Source: an uncultured delta proteobacterium
GTDB lineage: Bacteria; Desulfobacterota; Binatia; Binatales; Binataceae
DNA length: 64,000 bases
Assembly: GCA_963830715.1 (NCBI GenBank)
Contig: CAWHNS010000001.1
Span: 70,192 to 134,191 of the forward strand
Reading direction: 5' to 3'
The translations under genes and the position numbers were made by a program. Under the pieces are notes generated by a model. It worked only from the letters and a program-made list of their open reading frames with translations. It did not search any database and was not told the DNA's origin. Positions within the stretch are counted from its first letter, which is position 1. Every line of letters starts with the position of its first letter. This document shows positions 11,239 to 21,743 of this stretch, in pieces.

Positions 11239-11302
11239 GTCTAGCAATAAGGAGGATGGGGCGGTGGAGAATGAGGTGGTAAGAACGGATCAGGGAGCTA
11301 AA

Positions 11303-11854
11303 ATGCAGGAGAAAGAAACATTGGACGAAAGGCTGCCGGCGCTTTTTGAGCCCGACACCCTTTTGCCAATCCAATACTTCGAGGCGATGCGCCGCAAGCA
11401 TCTGCTCGAAGGTGAAAAACGCCTGATCCTGAGCGTCCTGGAGGATGCGGTCGAATGCTTCATGAAGTGTATCGACTCGCCTACCAATAAGGGCCAGAGA
11501 CTTTTCCGCGAGGCCGAGGAGTGGATCAACCTCGAGGACAAGCATTGGGTGTTTTCCTTCGACAACGTTTGCGACATGCTCGACATCAACCCCGAGTACA
11601 TGCGCCGCGGATTGCGCGAATGGAAGCAGCGCAAGATCGAGGCGATGGCGCGCGCGGCCGAAGCCGCGGCGCAGGCTGCCGCGATGCCGCAGCCGCAGGT
11701 CGAGGTCGAGGCTCCGAAGCCTGAGCCGCAGAGCACTGCCGTCAAGTCCAAGTCGCACGAGGAGAAGGCGCGCTCGCGGACGCAGCAGAAGCGGCTCAAG
11801 AGGCGCAACGTCGCGGACTCGCGCCGCTCCGCCCTGCGCAAGGCCCGCGCGTAA
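11303..11854 (+). CDS. hypothetical protein with a conserved-looking N-domain and a highly basic Ala/Gln/Pro-rich tail
   Basis: ATG 11303 is preceded by GGGAG. The ORF track starts at GTG 11264. I recognise no family. Confidence 0.5.
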   Translation: MQEKETLDERLPALFEPDTLLPIQYFEAMRRKHLLEGEKRLILSVLEDAVECFMKCIDSPTNKGQRLFREAEEWINLEDKHWVFSFDNVCDMLDINPEYMRRGLREWKQRKIEAMARAAEAAAQAAAMPQPQVEVEAPKPEPQSTAVKSKSHEEKARSRTQQKRLKRRNVADSRRSALRKARA

Positions 11855-11974
11855 ATCCGGCTGCTCCGGACTCTCTCATCGACCGGCGAGCCGCCGGAGT
11901 CTTACTTCCAGCTTTCGCCGCAATCGGCGCCGTCGTGGTCTGCCTTGACCGCACAAATTCCCCGCGCGCGAACG

Positions 11975-12253
11975 ATGCCAATCCGCACCAAGATCGAATG
12001 CCCTCACTGCGAGACTGATCTGGTCGTCAAGCGCGGCGGCGTATGCCCCAATTGCGGGGCGCAAATCGCAGAACATGTCGCCCGCATGCGCGCCCGCGAA
12101 CGCCGAATCGAACAGGTAGTCGCGGTCGTCGCGACGGCGCTGGTGCTGGCGCTGTTCCTGGTCACCAGCGGAGTCAGCCTCCTTGAAGGAGTCGCGGTCT
12201 ACGCCGCAGTCGGCGCCGCGATCTTTTTCCTCGCCCGCCGGACTTTTTTCTGA
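11975..12253 (+). CDS. small zinc-ribbon protein with a C-terminal membrane anchor
   Basis: CPHC..(13)..CPNC followed by a hydrophobic stretch. ATG 11975 lies within ORF 11945..12253. Confidence 0.4.
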   Translation: MPIRTKIECPHCETDLVVKRGGVCPNCGAQIAEHVARMRARERRIEQVVAVVATALVLALFLVTSGVSLLEGVAVYAAVGAAIFFLARRTFF

Positions 12254-12255
12254 GT

Positions 12256-13254
12256 TCAGCCCGTGACGAGCCGTTCCATCGAGCGCAGGATCTTTGCGCG
12301 GCGTTCTTCGGGCGAGCCGGCGAGCGAGTTGAATTGCAGCGCGGTGGTCGTGACTCCCGCCTTTTCGTACTCGTTCAGGCGCCGCCGGCATTTCTCCGCG
12401 CTCCCGAAGACGAAGATCGATTCGACCATCTCGTCCGGCACTGCCGACACCGCTTTCTTGCGGTCACCCGCCTTCCACGCGTCCATCGCGAGGAGCGCTT
12501 CGTCCTCGTAGCCTATTTCCTGGAAGAACTTGTTGTACTGCGGGACGGTGAGATAGGCAGTCAGCGCGCGGCGCATCAGCGGAAGAATCAGCCCCTCGTC
12601 CTCGTCGACCGCGACCATAATCCGGCACACGACGTCGATCCGATCGGTATTCCGGCCGGCGGTTTTGGCGCCCTCGCGTACGCAGGCGAGCATCTGCGGC
12701 AGTTTCTCCGGAGTGATGAAGTTCGTGATCAATCCGTCGCCGATTTCGCCCGCCACGCGCAGCATCTTTTCCCCCTGCGCCGCGATATAGATCGGCGGCG
12801 GCGCGTCCACAGGCAAATCCATGCGGAAGCCATCGATCCTGACGGCCTTGCCGGCGAGGGTGACCTTCTCGCCACGGAAGATCGCGCGCAGCGCCGCCAC
12901 CGTCTCGCGCAACAGCGTCAGCGGCTTGCGATAAGGGACGCCCATCCATCGCTCGACGATCGGCGGCGTCGAGATCCCGAGTCCGAGCACGAATCTGCCG
13001 CCCGAGATTTGCTGGACGGTAGCCGCCGACATCGCGATCAGCGCCGGCGGGCGCGTGAACACCGGCACAATCGCAGTGCCGAGCCGCATCTTCGCCGTCG
13101 CGACCGCCGCCGCGGCAATCGGCGCGAACGCGTCGGGTCCGAAGGATTCGTAGGACCACGCGTCGGTGTATCCCAGGCGCTCCGCATGCTGCGCCAGCTC
13201 GATCATGTGCCGGTTGATGAAGGGATCGAACGAAAATGTAATTCCAAGTCGCAT
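12256..13254 (-). CDS. LLM-class (luciferase-like) flavin/F420-dependent oxidoreductase
   Basis: 332 aa with a typical LLM pattern: MRLG..F......ELAQHAERLGYD..W..E; GRF.LGLG. Confidence 0.85.
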   Translation of the reverse strand: MRLGITFSFDPFINRHMIELAQHAERLGYTDAWSYESFGPDAFAPIAAAAVATAKMRLGTAIVPVFTRPPALIAMSAATVQQISGGRFVLGLGISTPPIVERWMGVPYRKPLTLLRETVAALRAIFRGEKVTLAGKAVRIDGFRMDLPVDAPPPIYIAAQGEKMLRVAGEIGDGLITNFITPEKLPQMLACVREGAKTAGRNTDRIDVVCRIMVAVDEDEGLILPLMRRALTAYLTVPQYNKFFQEIGYEDEALLAMDAWKAGDRKKAVSAVPDEMVESIFVFGSAEKCRRRLNEYEKAGVTTTALQFNSLAGSPEERRAKILRSMERLVTG

Positions 13255-13332
13255 GGCTGTGCCTTCGATTTTTCCGCAGCTTAACGCAATTGTTGCTCCC
13301 GAAGTAGTAGGGCCGGCGTCCCGCCTGCTGGG

Positions 13333-16223
13333 TCATTCCGCGCCGGAGAACTTCGCATTCAGCACTTGCGCGAGGTGCATCGGGCGGCGGCCGGGACAGA
13401 ACGCCCTGATCTGCGAGCGGCACGAGAACCCATCCGCGATCACGATCGTGTCGCGATCGCTCGCGTTGATCGCCGGTACCAGAATCCGCCCGGCGATCGC
13501 TCGCGATACGTCGAAGTGGCGCGCCTCGTATCCGAATGCGCCTGCCATCCCGCAGCATCCTGCGTCCAGCACGTCGAGGCCAAGCCCGCGTATCCTGCCG
13601 AGGATCGAAACCTCGTTGTCGAGTCCCGCGATCGCCTTCTGATGACAATGCCCCTGCAGGAGCGCGTTGCCGGCGATCGGCGGCGGCGCAAATTCCGGTG
13701 CTTCCCGCGCGATCAATTCGTCGAGCATCAGGCTCGATCGGGCGAGCGCCCCGGCCCGCGAATCGTTGGGGAACAGTCCGGGCAACTCGTCGCGGAATGT
13801 CAGGATGCAGCTCGGCTCGAGGCCGACGATGGTCGCGCCGCGCTCGGCCCGCGGACCAAGAACCTCAAGTATTTCTTTAAGTCGTCGCTTCGCCGTGGCG
13901 AGCATCCCCTGGTCGTAGAGAGGCCGGCCGCAACAAAGGTCGCGATCCGGAATCGTGACCCGGAAACCTGCGCGCTCCATCACCTCGACCGCGGCGATTG
14001 CGACCTCGGGCTCGAAGAAATTGGTGAAAGTGTCGGGGAACAGGATGACCTCGCGTCCCGAAGACGCCGCGGCGCGGCGGCTCCTGAACCAGGACCGGAA
14101 TGAGCGTGCCGCGAAGCGGGGGAACTCGCGCTCCGGATGAATTCCGATCGCGCGCTTGAAGATCGCCGCCCCGACCGAACCGTGCGAAAGCGCATTCGCG
14201 ATGCGAGGCGCAAGCTGCGCGATACGCGCCAGTTGATGGATGCGCCCGAAGAGATGGGCCGACATCGCTCGCGCATGTCGCTCGTGGTAGTGGGCGAGGA
14301 ATTCGGCCTTGTAGGTCGCCATATCGACCGTGGCCGGACATTCAGCCTTGCACGCCTTGCAGGAAAGACAGAGGTCGAGCGCCTCCGCGACCTCAGGGTC
14401 AACAAGTCCTCCCCGCAGCAGGTCTCCGCTGAGCGCCTCGAACAACAGCCGAGCGCGTCCCCGCGTCGAGTGCATCTCCTCGCGGGTCGCCATGTAGGAG
14501 GGGCACATCGTGCCGGCGTCGGTCTTTCGGCACTTGCCGATCCCCACGCATTTGAGCGCTGCGCCCGCAAGTCCGCCGTCGCCGCTGAAGTCGAAGTGAG
14601 TATCGACGGGACGGGGACGCAGAGCCGACAGGCGCAAGTGCGAGTCGAGCGGTTCGGGATCGACGATCACGCCGGGATTCATCATGCGATCCGGATCGAA
14701 GGCGCGCTTGAAGGCCACGAAGGCGTCCATCAGCTCGGAGCCGAACATTTTCGGCAGAAGTTCCGATCGCGCCAGCCCGTCGCCATGTTCGCCGGAGAGC
14801 GAGCCGCCGAATTCGACGACCAGGTCCGCGATCTCGGACATCGCAGCGCGAAAGTTCGCGATTCCCTCCGCAGTCGCAAGGTCGAAGTTGATCCGGCAAT
14901 GGACGCATCCTTCGCCGAAGTGTCCGTAGTAGGTCGCGGCTTCGAAGCTGTCGCCGCTCGAGCAGCGCGGCGAAACGTCTTAGGTACGCGCCGAGACTCT
15001 GCGGCGATACCGCCGCGTCCTCTGCGCCCGGCCATGTGCGCGGGTAGCCTCGAATTACCGCGCCGGCGCCGAGGCCGGATTCGCGCAAACGCCAGACCGC
15101 CTGCTGGTCGGCGGGATCGGCGACCAACACCGCGCCGGTGCACTCGCGAACCCTACGGGCTTGATCGACCAGCGCCTCGCCGCGATCGCGAAGTTCGTTA
15201 TCGCGATCGGCGCCGAGCTCTACGATCAGAAACGCGTGACCCGCGGGCATCAGCCGCATCGCCGCGCCCTGACCGCCCCTCGCTATTGCGAAATCGATCA
15301 GCTTGCGGTCGAAGCCTTCAAGCGCTTGCGGCCGATGCGCGAGAATCCAGGGCGTCTGGTCGGCGGCAAGGTACACGTCCTCGAAACCCATCACGACCAG
15401 GCAGAGCCGGCGCGGACGCGCGGCCAGCTTCAGCGTCGCGTTCAGAGTCACCGCGAGCGTTCCCTCCGAGCCTGCGACCGCGCGCGCCAGGTTAAAGCCG
15501 TTCTCAGGCAGGAGCTGATCGAGATTGTAGCCCGGATACTCGCCGCGGAATTTTCGGATACCGCTGCCGAACGAGGTCGCCATAGCGGTCGCGCAACTCG
15601 CGCAGAGTCGAGATGATCGCACGTCGCCTGTCGCCGGTCCGAGTGCCTGCGGCCGGATCGGCTCCGGCGATGTCAGCGCCATTCACTGCGGCGAGCCTGA
15701 GCCGCGTGCCGTCGTAGAGCGCGACCTCCATCGCTTCGAGATTGTCAACCGTCTTGCCGTAAGCGGCCGAATGCGCGCCGCACGAGTTGTTGCCGATCAT
15801 TCCACCGATCGTGCACCGATCTTTGGTGGTCGGGTCGGGCGCGAAGAACAAGCCATGGCGTGCCAGGGCGGCATTCAGGTGGGCCTGCACCACGCCCGGC
15901 TCGACCACGGCCAGCTTCCGATCGGCGTCGATACTTCGGATCGCGTTCATGTACTTGGAGAAATCCAGCACGAGCGCGGTGTTGCAGGTCTGGCCGGCGA
16001 GCCCCGTTCCGCCGCCGCGTGCGAGCACCGGTATCGCGTTCTCGCGCGCCAGCGCGAGACAAGTCATCACGTCGCCCTCATGACGCGGGATGACGACTCC
16101 AACCGGCACGCGCCGGTAGTTCGACGCGTCGGTCGAGTAGATCGCCTTGGTTCCCTGATCGAAGCGCACCTCGCCGTCGATCCGGCGGCGCAATTCGTCC
16201 TCGAAGGCCTTGGTCGAACTCAT
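13333..16223 (-). CDS. FAD-binding (GlcD/PCMH-type) + Fe-S + CCG-domain oxidase fusion; reading frame broken twice in this sequence
   Basis: The N-terminal part (16223-15504) has GGGTGLAG. The middle is in the frame of ORF 14399..15682. The C-terminal part (14841-13333) has CLSCKACKAECP and GCCGMAG. Junctions read ..RRVSG|YNLDQLLPENG.. near 15527-15533 and ..ALLER|GDSFEAATYYGHFGEGCVHCRINF.. near 14953-14962. Confidence 0.85.
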
Positions 16224-16420
16224 CTGAATGCGATCTTAATCGATGAGCGGCCCGCGCGCCCATCACGTCGCACAGATCGCGGGCAGGCCCTCGATCAGGG
16301 CGCCACTGACCCCGACGCTGCACTGGGACAGTTTTTATCGCGAGTTGACGGCCTTGACCCTGTTCGCGACGCCCACTAAACAGGAGTTCGCCCGATTGAT
16401 ACGGTGTCCGGAGGACTTCT

Positions 16421-17581
16421 ATGCCCCGTGCCTACACGATCACCGCTGATGCTATCGCGTCGGAGCGCCGCCGCGTTAACGATGACCTGTCGAAGTTCGA
16501 CATTTCCCGGGTCCTCAGGATGGACCGGCTCGAGTTGCGCCCGATGGATCTCCACGACGTTCATCTCAGGATTCTCGCGGTCTCGGCGGAACACAACGTC
16601 GATCATGCAGCGCTCGCCGACACGGTGAACATCGTCCAGTTGCGCGGCGGAAAAATTTATCCGGGCAATAGCGCGGTCGGCGAGGTCCTGGCCGTGGGCG
16701 CCGATGTGCGCACGTTCAAGCCGGGCGACATCGTGATAACGCACTGCAACGGTGAGCCGGACATCTACGGATACCCGCTGCGCATCTGGGCCTACGATCA
16801 GCCGGATTCCGTCGGCTGGTATGGAGAAGAGGCGATCGTCGGCGACTGGCAGATCATCCCGGCGCCGCTCAAGTGCGGCCTGAATCTGTGGCAGATCGCG
16901 GCGCTGCCGCTGCGCGCGCCGACCGCGTACCATCTATGGCGCCGCGGCCACGATATCTTCCGCCTCAAGGTGCAACGGGAGAAGCTCGCGCGATTGAATG
17001 TGCTGGCGTTTGGTGGCGGGGTTTCGGAGTTCTTCCTGATGCTCGCGAAGGCCGAGGGACATAGTGGCTTCTTCTGCTCCGGCAGCCCGGCTCGCCGCGA
17101 GTAGCTCGAACGGATCGGAATCGCGTCGATCGACCAGAACGTTTTCAACCGCTTTGCCACTCCCGACGATGTAAAGAATTTCAGCAAGGAGGTGAAGCGG
17201 CTCACCGGCGGCGAAGGGATGCACATCGTATGCGACATGCTGCGGGGCCTGGTGTTCCCGGCGGGCGTCGCCGCGCTGGCGCGGGCGGGTGTCAACGTGA
17301 GCGCGGGCTGGCAGCTCGAGAAAAAGATCAGCTATGACTCGGCGGGACTCGCGGTGCGCCAGATCACGCTCGACCACACGCACTACGAGACGATTGACGG
17401 CTGCCGCGCGGCGACCGAGTTGTACGGGACCGTGTTCCGCCCGACCGTCCATCGGGAGATCTACGCCTTCGACGACCTCCCGCGATGCATGCAGGAGATG
17501 CTGGACAATCAGCAGACGGGCATCCCCGTGGTTCGCGTGGCGTCCGAGATGCCCCGGTCTGTCCAGCCCCTGATAGCATAG
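16421..17581 (+). CDS. medium-chain dehydrogenase/reductase, enoyl-CoA carboxylase/reductase (Ccr/ECR)-like; interrupted by one in-frame TAG
   Basis: ORFs 16421..17104 and 17192..17581 are in the same frame, and homology continues straight across TAG 17102-17104 (..SPARRE*LERIGIASIDQ..). The segment RIWAYDQP.SVGWYGEEAIV....P......W.IAALPLRAPTAYHLW recalls the ECR block IWGYETN.GS.AE....P..L.WEEAA......TAYR.L. Confidence 0.65.
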
Positions 17582-17652
17582 GCGCGTCGGGGGTTCGCGG
17601 CGCGGCGCCTTCGGAGCTAGAATCGGGGACCACAAGCGACGGCAGCAAAATT

Positions 17653-18120
17653 ATGGCAGTGCGAAAAATCGAGCGCGGACACTACTTCGAGGATTTCGAG
17701 GTAGGCCACGTGTTCAAGCATCACTGGGGCCGGACCGTCAACGAGGGCGATAACAGCCTGTTCACCAGCGTGACGATGAACTTCAACCCGATCTATTTCA
17801 ATCGCGAGTACGCGCGGAAGATGGGCTTCCGCGACGTGGTGGTCAATCACATGCTGGTGCTCAACGTGGTGTTCGGCCTTTCGGTCGAGGACCTCAGCGA
17901 ACGCGCAATCGCGCATCTCGGCTACGAGAAACTCAAGTTCCTCGAGACCGTATATCCGGGCGACACGCTGACCTCGCAATCCGAGGTGCTCTCCAGGCGC
18001 GACACCTCGCGGCCGGACCGCGGCGTGGTCAAATTCCGAACCACCGGCTTCAACCAGAACGGCCGCAAGGTGCTCGAATACGAGCGGCCCGTGCTGGTCC
18101 GCAAGCGAACCGTGGAGTAG
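17653..18120 (+). CDS. MaoC-family (hot-dog) enoyl-CoA hydratase/dehydratase
   Basis: 155 aa with a typical MaoC N-terminus (YFEDFEVGHVF..H.WGRTV.EGDN.LF). ATG 17653 lies within ORF 17485..18120. Confidence 0.85.
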   Translation: MAVRKIERGHYFEDFEVGHVFKHHWGRTVNEGDNSLFTSVTMNFNPIYFNREYARKMGFRDVVVNHMLVLNVVFGLSVEDLSERAIAHLGYEKLKFLETVYPGDTLTSQSEVLSRRDTSRPDRGVVKFRTTGFNQNGRKVLEYERPVLVRKRTVE

Positions 18121-18127
18121 ATGCGCG

Positions 18128-19296
18128 ATGCCTTTTGTTACGCCGGAGCATGAGGAAATCCGCCGCTCGGTGCGCGAGTTCGTCGAGCGCGAGGTCAAGC
18201 CGATCGCCAACGGTCTCGACCGTCGCAACGAGGAGATTCCGGAGGCTGTGCTCAGGAAGATGGCGGAACTGGGCTACTTCGGAATCATTTTTCCCGCCGA
18301 GGACGGCGGTCTCGGCCTCGATTACATTGCGATGGCGATCGTGACCGAGGAACTGTCACGCGGATGGCTCTCGGTGGGGTCCGTGATGACCCGCAATCTG
18401 ATCACGGGCACGCTGATCACCGCCAACGGCACCGCCGAGCAGAAGAAGCATTTTCTGCCGCGGATCGCGCGCGGCGAGTTGATGACGGCGGCGGCCTTCA
18501 CCAGACCGACGTCGGCTCCGACACCGCCTCGATCAAGACCCGCGCGGTCAGGAAGGGCGACGGCTACCTGCTCAAGGGCTCCAAGATGTGGTGCACGTTC
18601 GCCAATCGCGCGCACGTGCTGACCGTGATGTGCCGCACGGACCCGGACCCGCAGAAGCGCCATCGCGGGCTCTCGCTGCTGCTTTTCGAGAAAAAGCCCG
18701 GCAACGATTTCATGCCGCCCCAGCTCACCGGCGAGCCGATTCCCACGATCGGTTATCACGGAATGAAGAGCTTCGGTCTCGCCTTCGACGACGCCTACGC
18801 GCCGGCCGCGAACCTGATCGGCGGCGTCGAGGGGCGCGGCTTCTACCAGCTGATGGCGACCTACGAGTCGGCGCGAATCCAGACCGCGGCGCGCGGCGTG
18901 GGCGTTGCGCAAGCGGCTTATGAATGCGCGGTCAAGTACGCGCGCGAGCGGACCCAGTTCGGGCAACCGATCGGCAACTTCCAGGTCATCAAGCACAAGC
19001 TCGCGCACATGGCCGTCGAGATCGAGGCGGCGCGCCAGCTCGCCTATTTCGCGGCCTCGCAGAAGGACACCGGCAAGCGATGCGACTACGAGGCCGGGAT
19101 GGCCAAGGTGTTCGCGGCCGAGATGGCCGAGCGGGTGACGCGCGAGGCGATGCAAATCCACGGCGGGTATGGCTATTCGATGGAATTCGATGCGCAGCGC
19201 TATTGGCGCGACGCGCGCGTGCTCTCGATCTTCGAGGGGACCAGCGAGATCCAGCTCGAGGTGATCGGCCGCCGGATCATGGAACAGACCGAATAG
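18128..19296 (+). CDS. acyl-CoA dehydrogenase; one frame break in this sequence
   Basis: The N-terminal half is in ORF 18128..18622 and the rest in ORF 18364..19296. The junction ..AAAFT|(E)TDVGSDTASIKT.. lies near 18498-18506. The C-terminal FEGTSEIQ motif is present. Confidence 0.85.
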
Positions 19297-19369
19297 ACAG
19301 AAGTTACCACAGATGAACACAGACAAATATTTGGTGTCCATCTGTGTTCATCAGTGGTTACTGCTGTCT
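19296..19369. repeat. ~74-bp imperfect palindromic intergenic element (..GTTACCACAGATGAACACAGAC..loop..GTCCATCTGTGTTCATCAGTGGTTAC..)
   Basis: The arms are reverse complements with a few mismatches. It is AT-richer than its surroundings and sits between the ACAD stop and the next MaoC gene. It resembles the CACAGATGAACACAGA-type REP-like repeats I recall from other GC-rich genomes. Confidence 0.6.
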
Positions 19370-19384
19370 CTGTGAAAGGGCGCA

Positions 19385-19864
19385 ATGGCTATTACCAGCG
19401 AAGGCAGCTATTTTGAGGACTTCACGGTCGGCGACACGCTCGTCCATGCGCGCGGGCGGACGATCACCGAGGCTGACAATCACATCTTCACCTCGCTGGT
19501 GATGAACACCGCGCAATTGCATTTCAACCAGGACATGGTGGACAAGGACCCAAAGAATTACTACGACGGACGCCGCGTGGTGTACGGCGGCGTGGTGCTG
19601 GCTTTCGTGGTCGGCCTCGCCTCGGAGGACACCAGCGAAAATGCGCTGGCCGAGTTGGAGATGGACCACGGACGGCATACCAATCCGGTATTTCACGGCG
19701 ACACGATTTTCGCGGAATCGACCGTGATCGAGAAGCGCGACTCCGATCGCGCCGACGCGGGAATCGTCAAGTTCAAGCTGGTCGGCAAGAACGCCACCGG
19801 CCAACCCGTGGTCGAGATCGAGCGCAGCGTCCTCGTCAAGCGGCGATCGCATTTCAGGGAGTAG
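19385..19864 (+). CDS. MaoC-family (hot-dog) enoyl-CoA hydratase/dehydratase, second copy
   Basis: 159 aa: YFEDFTVGDTLVHARGRTITEADNHIFT.. A paralogue of 17653..18120. Confidence 0.85.
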   Translation: MAITSEGSYFEDFTVGDTLVHARGRTITEADNHIFTSLVMNTAQLHFNQDMVDKDPKNYYDGRRVVYGGVVLAFVVGLASEDTSENALAELEMDHGRHTNPVFHGDTIFAESTVIEKRDSDRADAGIVKFKLVGKNATGQPVVEIERSVLVKRRSHFRE

Positions 19865-19926
19865 GAACATCCGGGGCCGTCGCGCGGTCGCATTGTAGCT
19901 ATAGTCAATCGGGAGAACACTTCATC

Positions 19927-20964
19927 ATGTACGTATTGGACAACGGCAACCGTTTCGTAATCCCGCGCACCGAGCTGACCTATCCCGGCCACAGCGCGAA
20001 GCTCCATCAGAATGCCGCCGACGCGATCAAATCGCCGGTCGATCATGTGATGGCGGATTTCGAGGACGCCTGCCCCTATGAGTTCAAGGGCGAGAAGAGC
20101 CGCAAGGCGATGGTCGAGGCGTTCAACACGCTCGACTTCGGCAAGAAGATCGTAACGGTGCGGCCCAACAACATCCACTCGCCGTTTTTCAAGGGCGACA
20201 TGGAGGCGGTGGTGCTGGGCGCCCCCAATCGCTTTCACGGCATCGTGCTTCCGAAGGCCCGCGGCGCCGAGGACATCAGGAAGCTCGCGAGCGTGCTGGA
20301 CGAGCTCGAGCGGCGCGGCGGATGGAAATACAAGATTCAGATCGAGGCCCTGATCGAGACTCCCCAGGCGCTGGTCCACGCCTACGACATCGCGACCGCA
20401 TCGGACCGGATGTGCGGCCTCATCTTCGGCATCGCCGATTTCGCCGCCGGCATCGGAGTTCGCGAGATCGTCGAGAACCAGAACCAGAATTTCCACTACG
20501 CCAAGCAGGCAACGGTGGTCGCAGCCAAGGCCGCCGGCCTCCATGCCGTAGATAATGTCTACTTGCGGTTATGGCGGGCCGAGGACGCGCCGGATCGGAT
20601 TGCCGAATTGCAGCGCGGACTTCGCGAGAAAAACACCGGCGCCGCCAATCTGGGCATGGACGGCACCTGGGTGATCCATCCGCAGCAGGCCGAAATCGCC
20701 AACGCCTGCTTTACCCCGACCCGCGAGCAGGTCGATGAAGCCCGTCGCGTCGTCAGGCTCTACCACGAGAAGGGCGGCGGCTCGATGGCCGACCCGAAGT
20801 CCGGCGAAATGATCGACGAAGCGACCATCAAAATGGCGCTGATGGATCTCGCCAAGGGCGCGCAGGCAGGTATCGTAAGCGACGAGGAACTGAAGGAGTG
20901 GTCCGCGAAGAGCCGCGCCGTCACCGGCTATGACATTCTGGAACTGATGCGCCGCGTGGCGTGA
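19927..20964 (+). CDS. HpcH/HpaI-CitE family acyl-CoA lyase (malyl-/beta-methylmalyl-/citramalyl-CoA lyase-like)
   Basis: 345 aa. Size and block order resemble recalled Mcl-type lyases (..DFEDA......K...R..V......FG...V.VR.N...; C-terminal ..G.MID.AT.K.A..). Confidence 0.7.
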   Translation: MYVLDNGNRFVIPRTELTYPGHSAKLHQNAADAIKSPVDHVMADFEDACPYEFKGEKSRKAMVEAFNTLDFGKKIVTVRPNNIHSPFFKGDMEAVVLGAPNRFHGIVLPKARGAEDIRKLASVLDELERRGGWKYKIQIEALIETPQALVHAYDIATASDRMCGLIFGIADFAAGIGVREIVENQNQNFHYAKQATVVAAKAAGLHAVDNVYLRLWRAEDAPDRIAELQRGLREKNTGAANLGMDGTWVIHPQQAEIANACFTPTREQVDEARRVVRLYHEKGGGSMADPKSGEMIDEATIKMALMDLAKGAQAGIVSDEELKEWSAKSRAVTGYDILELMRRVA

Positions 20965-21070
20965 CGCCGGTTAGTTCGGATATCGAGCGGCCTAGCCGTG
21001 TGCCGCAGCCTTGGCTTCAAGAGCCGCCAGGCGCTCCCGGATGTCCAGCACGAGACTCGCGTAGCGAGCG

Positions 21071-21670
21071 CTACTTCCCGCCGTTCTGGATGTACTGGCC
21101 GACGGTGCGCAGATTTCGCATCATGGCATCGACGGCGCCCTGTCGGCGTAGAAACTCGGGCGCGTCCATTCCCAACAGTTTGCCGGGGTTGGTCGACACG
21201 CTGGTGTAGTGGATCTCTGTCGACTTGCCGTCCTTTGACGGCGTGAGCGTGTATTCGGCGTGGAACTGGATGACTGCCTTGCCGACGCTCTCCGCGGTCA
21301 CGGCGTTCTTGCCCGGATCGAATGTGTACTTCACTTGCAGCGACGGCGGCGCGTTCGGAATCGGCAGGGTTTGCCCCTTGTACTCGACCACTTTGCCGGT
21401 CGCGCTCTGCGAGATTACCTTGATGGCGGTAATCTGCGGGTTGTACTTGGCCGCCTTGTCTGGATTGCTGAGCGCGTCGTAAACCTGCGCCACGGGGGCG
21501 TTGAGGCTCGCGCTGGCTTCCAGGTGAAGCCGGTCCTGTTTGTCGATCGAACTTTTCTGATCCTCGAAGGACGGTTCGATGTTGACGGCTCCGGCGCGCG
21601 CGGCGGCGGAAAGGGCGATCGCCAGTGCGAGTATCGCAGTAGCTATTGAGTAGCCGGCCTTGTGAGACAT
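21071..21670 (-). CDS. secreted protein, possibly SRPBCC/START-like
   Basis: Signal peptide (..ALAIALSAAARAGA). The fold assignment is only a weak recollection. Confidence 0.4.
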   Translation of the reverse strand: MSHKAGYSIATAILALAIALSAAARAGAVNIEPSFEDQKSSIDKQDRLHLEASASLNAPVAQVYDALSNPDKAAKYNPQITAIKVISQSATGKVVEYKGQTLPIPNAPPSLQVKYTFDPGKNAVTAESVGKAVIQFHAEYTLTPSKDGKSTEIHYTSVSTNPGKLLGMDAPEFLRRQGAVDAMMRNLRTVGQYIQNGGK

Positions 21671-21743
21671 TCTATTCCTCTCGGTAGTAAGTTCGCGCCG
21701 GTTGTGAACGCAAGATTGGACTCTGAAGAGCGGTTGCGCGGGG

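Noticed and set aside
17102-17104. In-frame TAG as pyrrolysine or programmed read-through.
   Set aside because: No pyl genes or PYLIS-like context are visible. The window contains many other sequence lesions. A CAG-to-TAG substitution or base-call error is the simpler explanation.
20965-21070. Small ORFs between the lyase gene and the SRPBCC-like gene, including a minus-strand coiled-coil-like end ..VLDIRERLAALEAKAAAHG*.
   Set aside because: Only about 19 codons lie after any possible start, with no RBS. It is too short and unsupported, and at best a gene relic.
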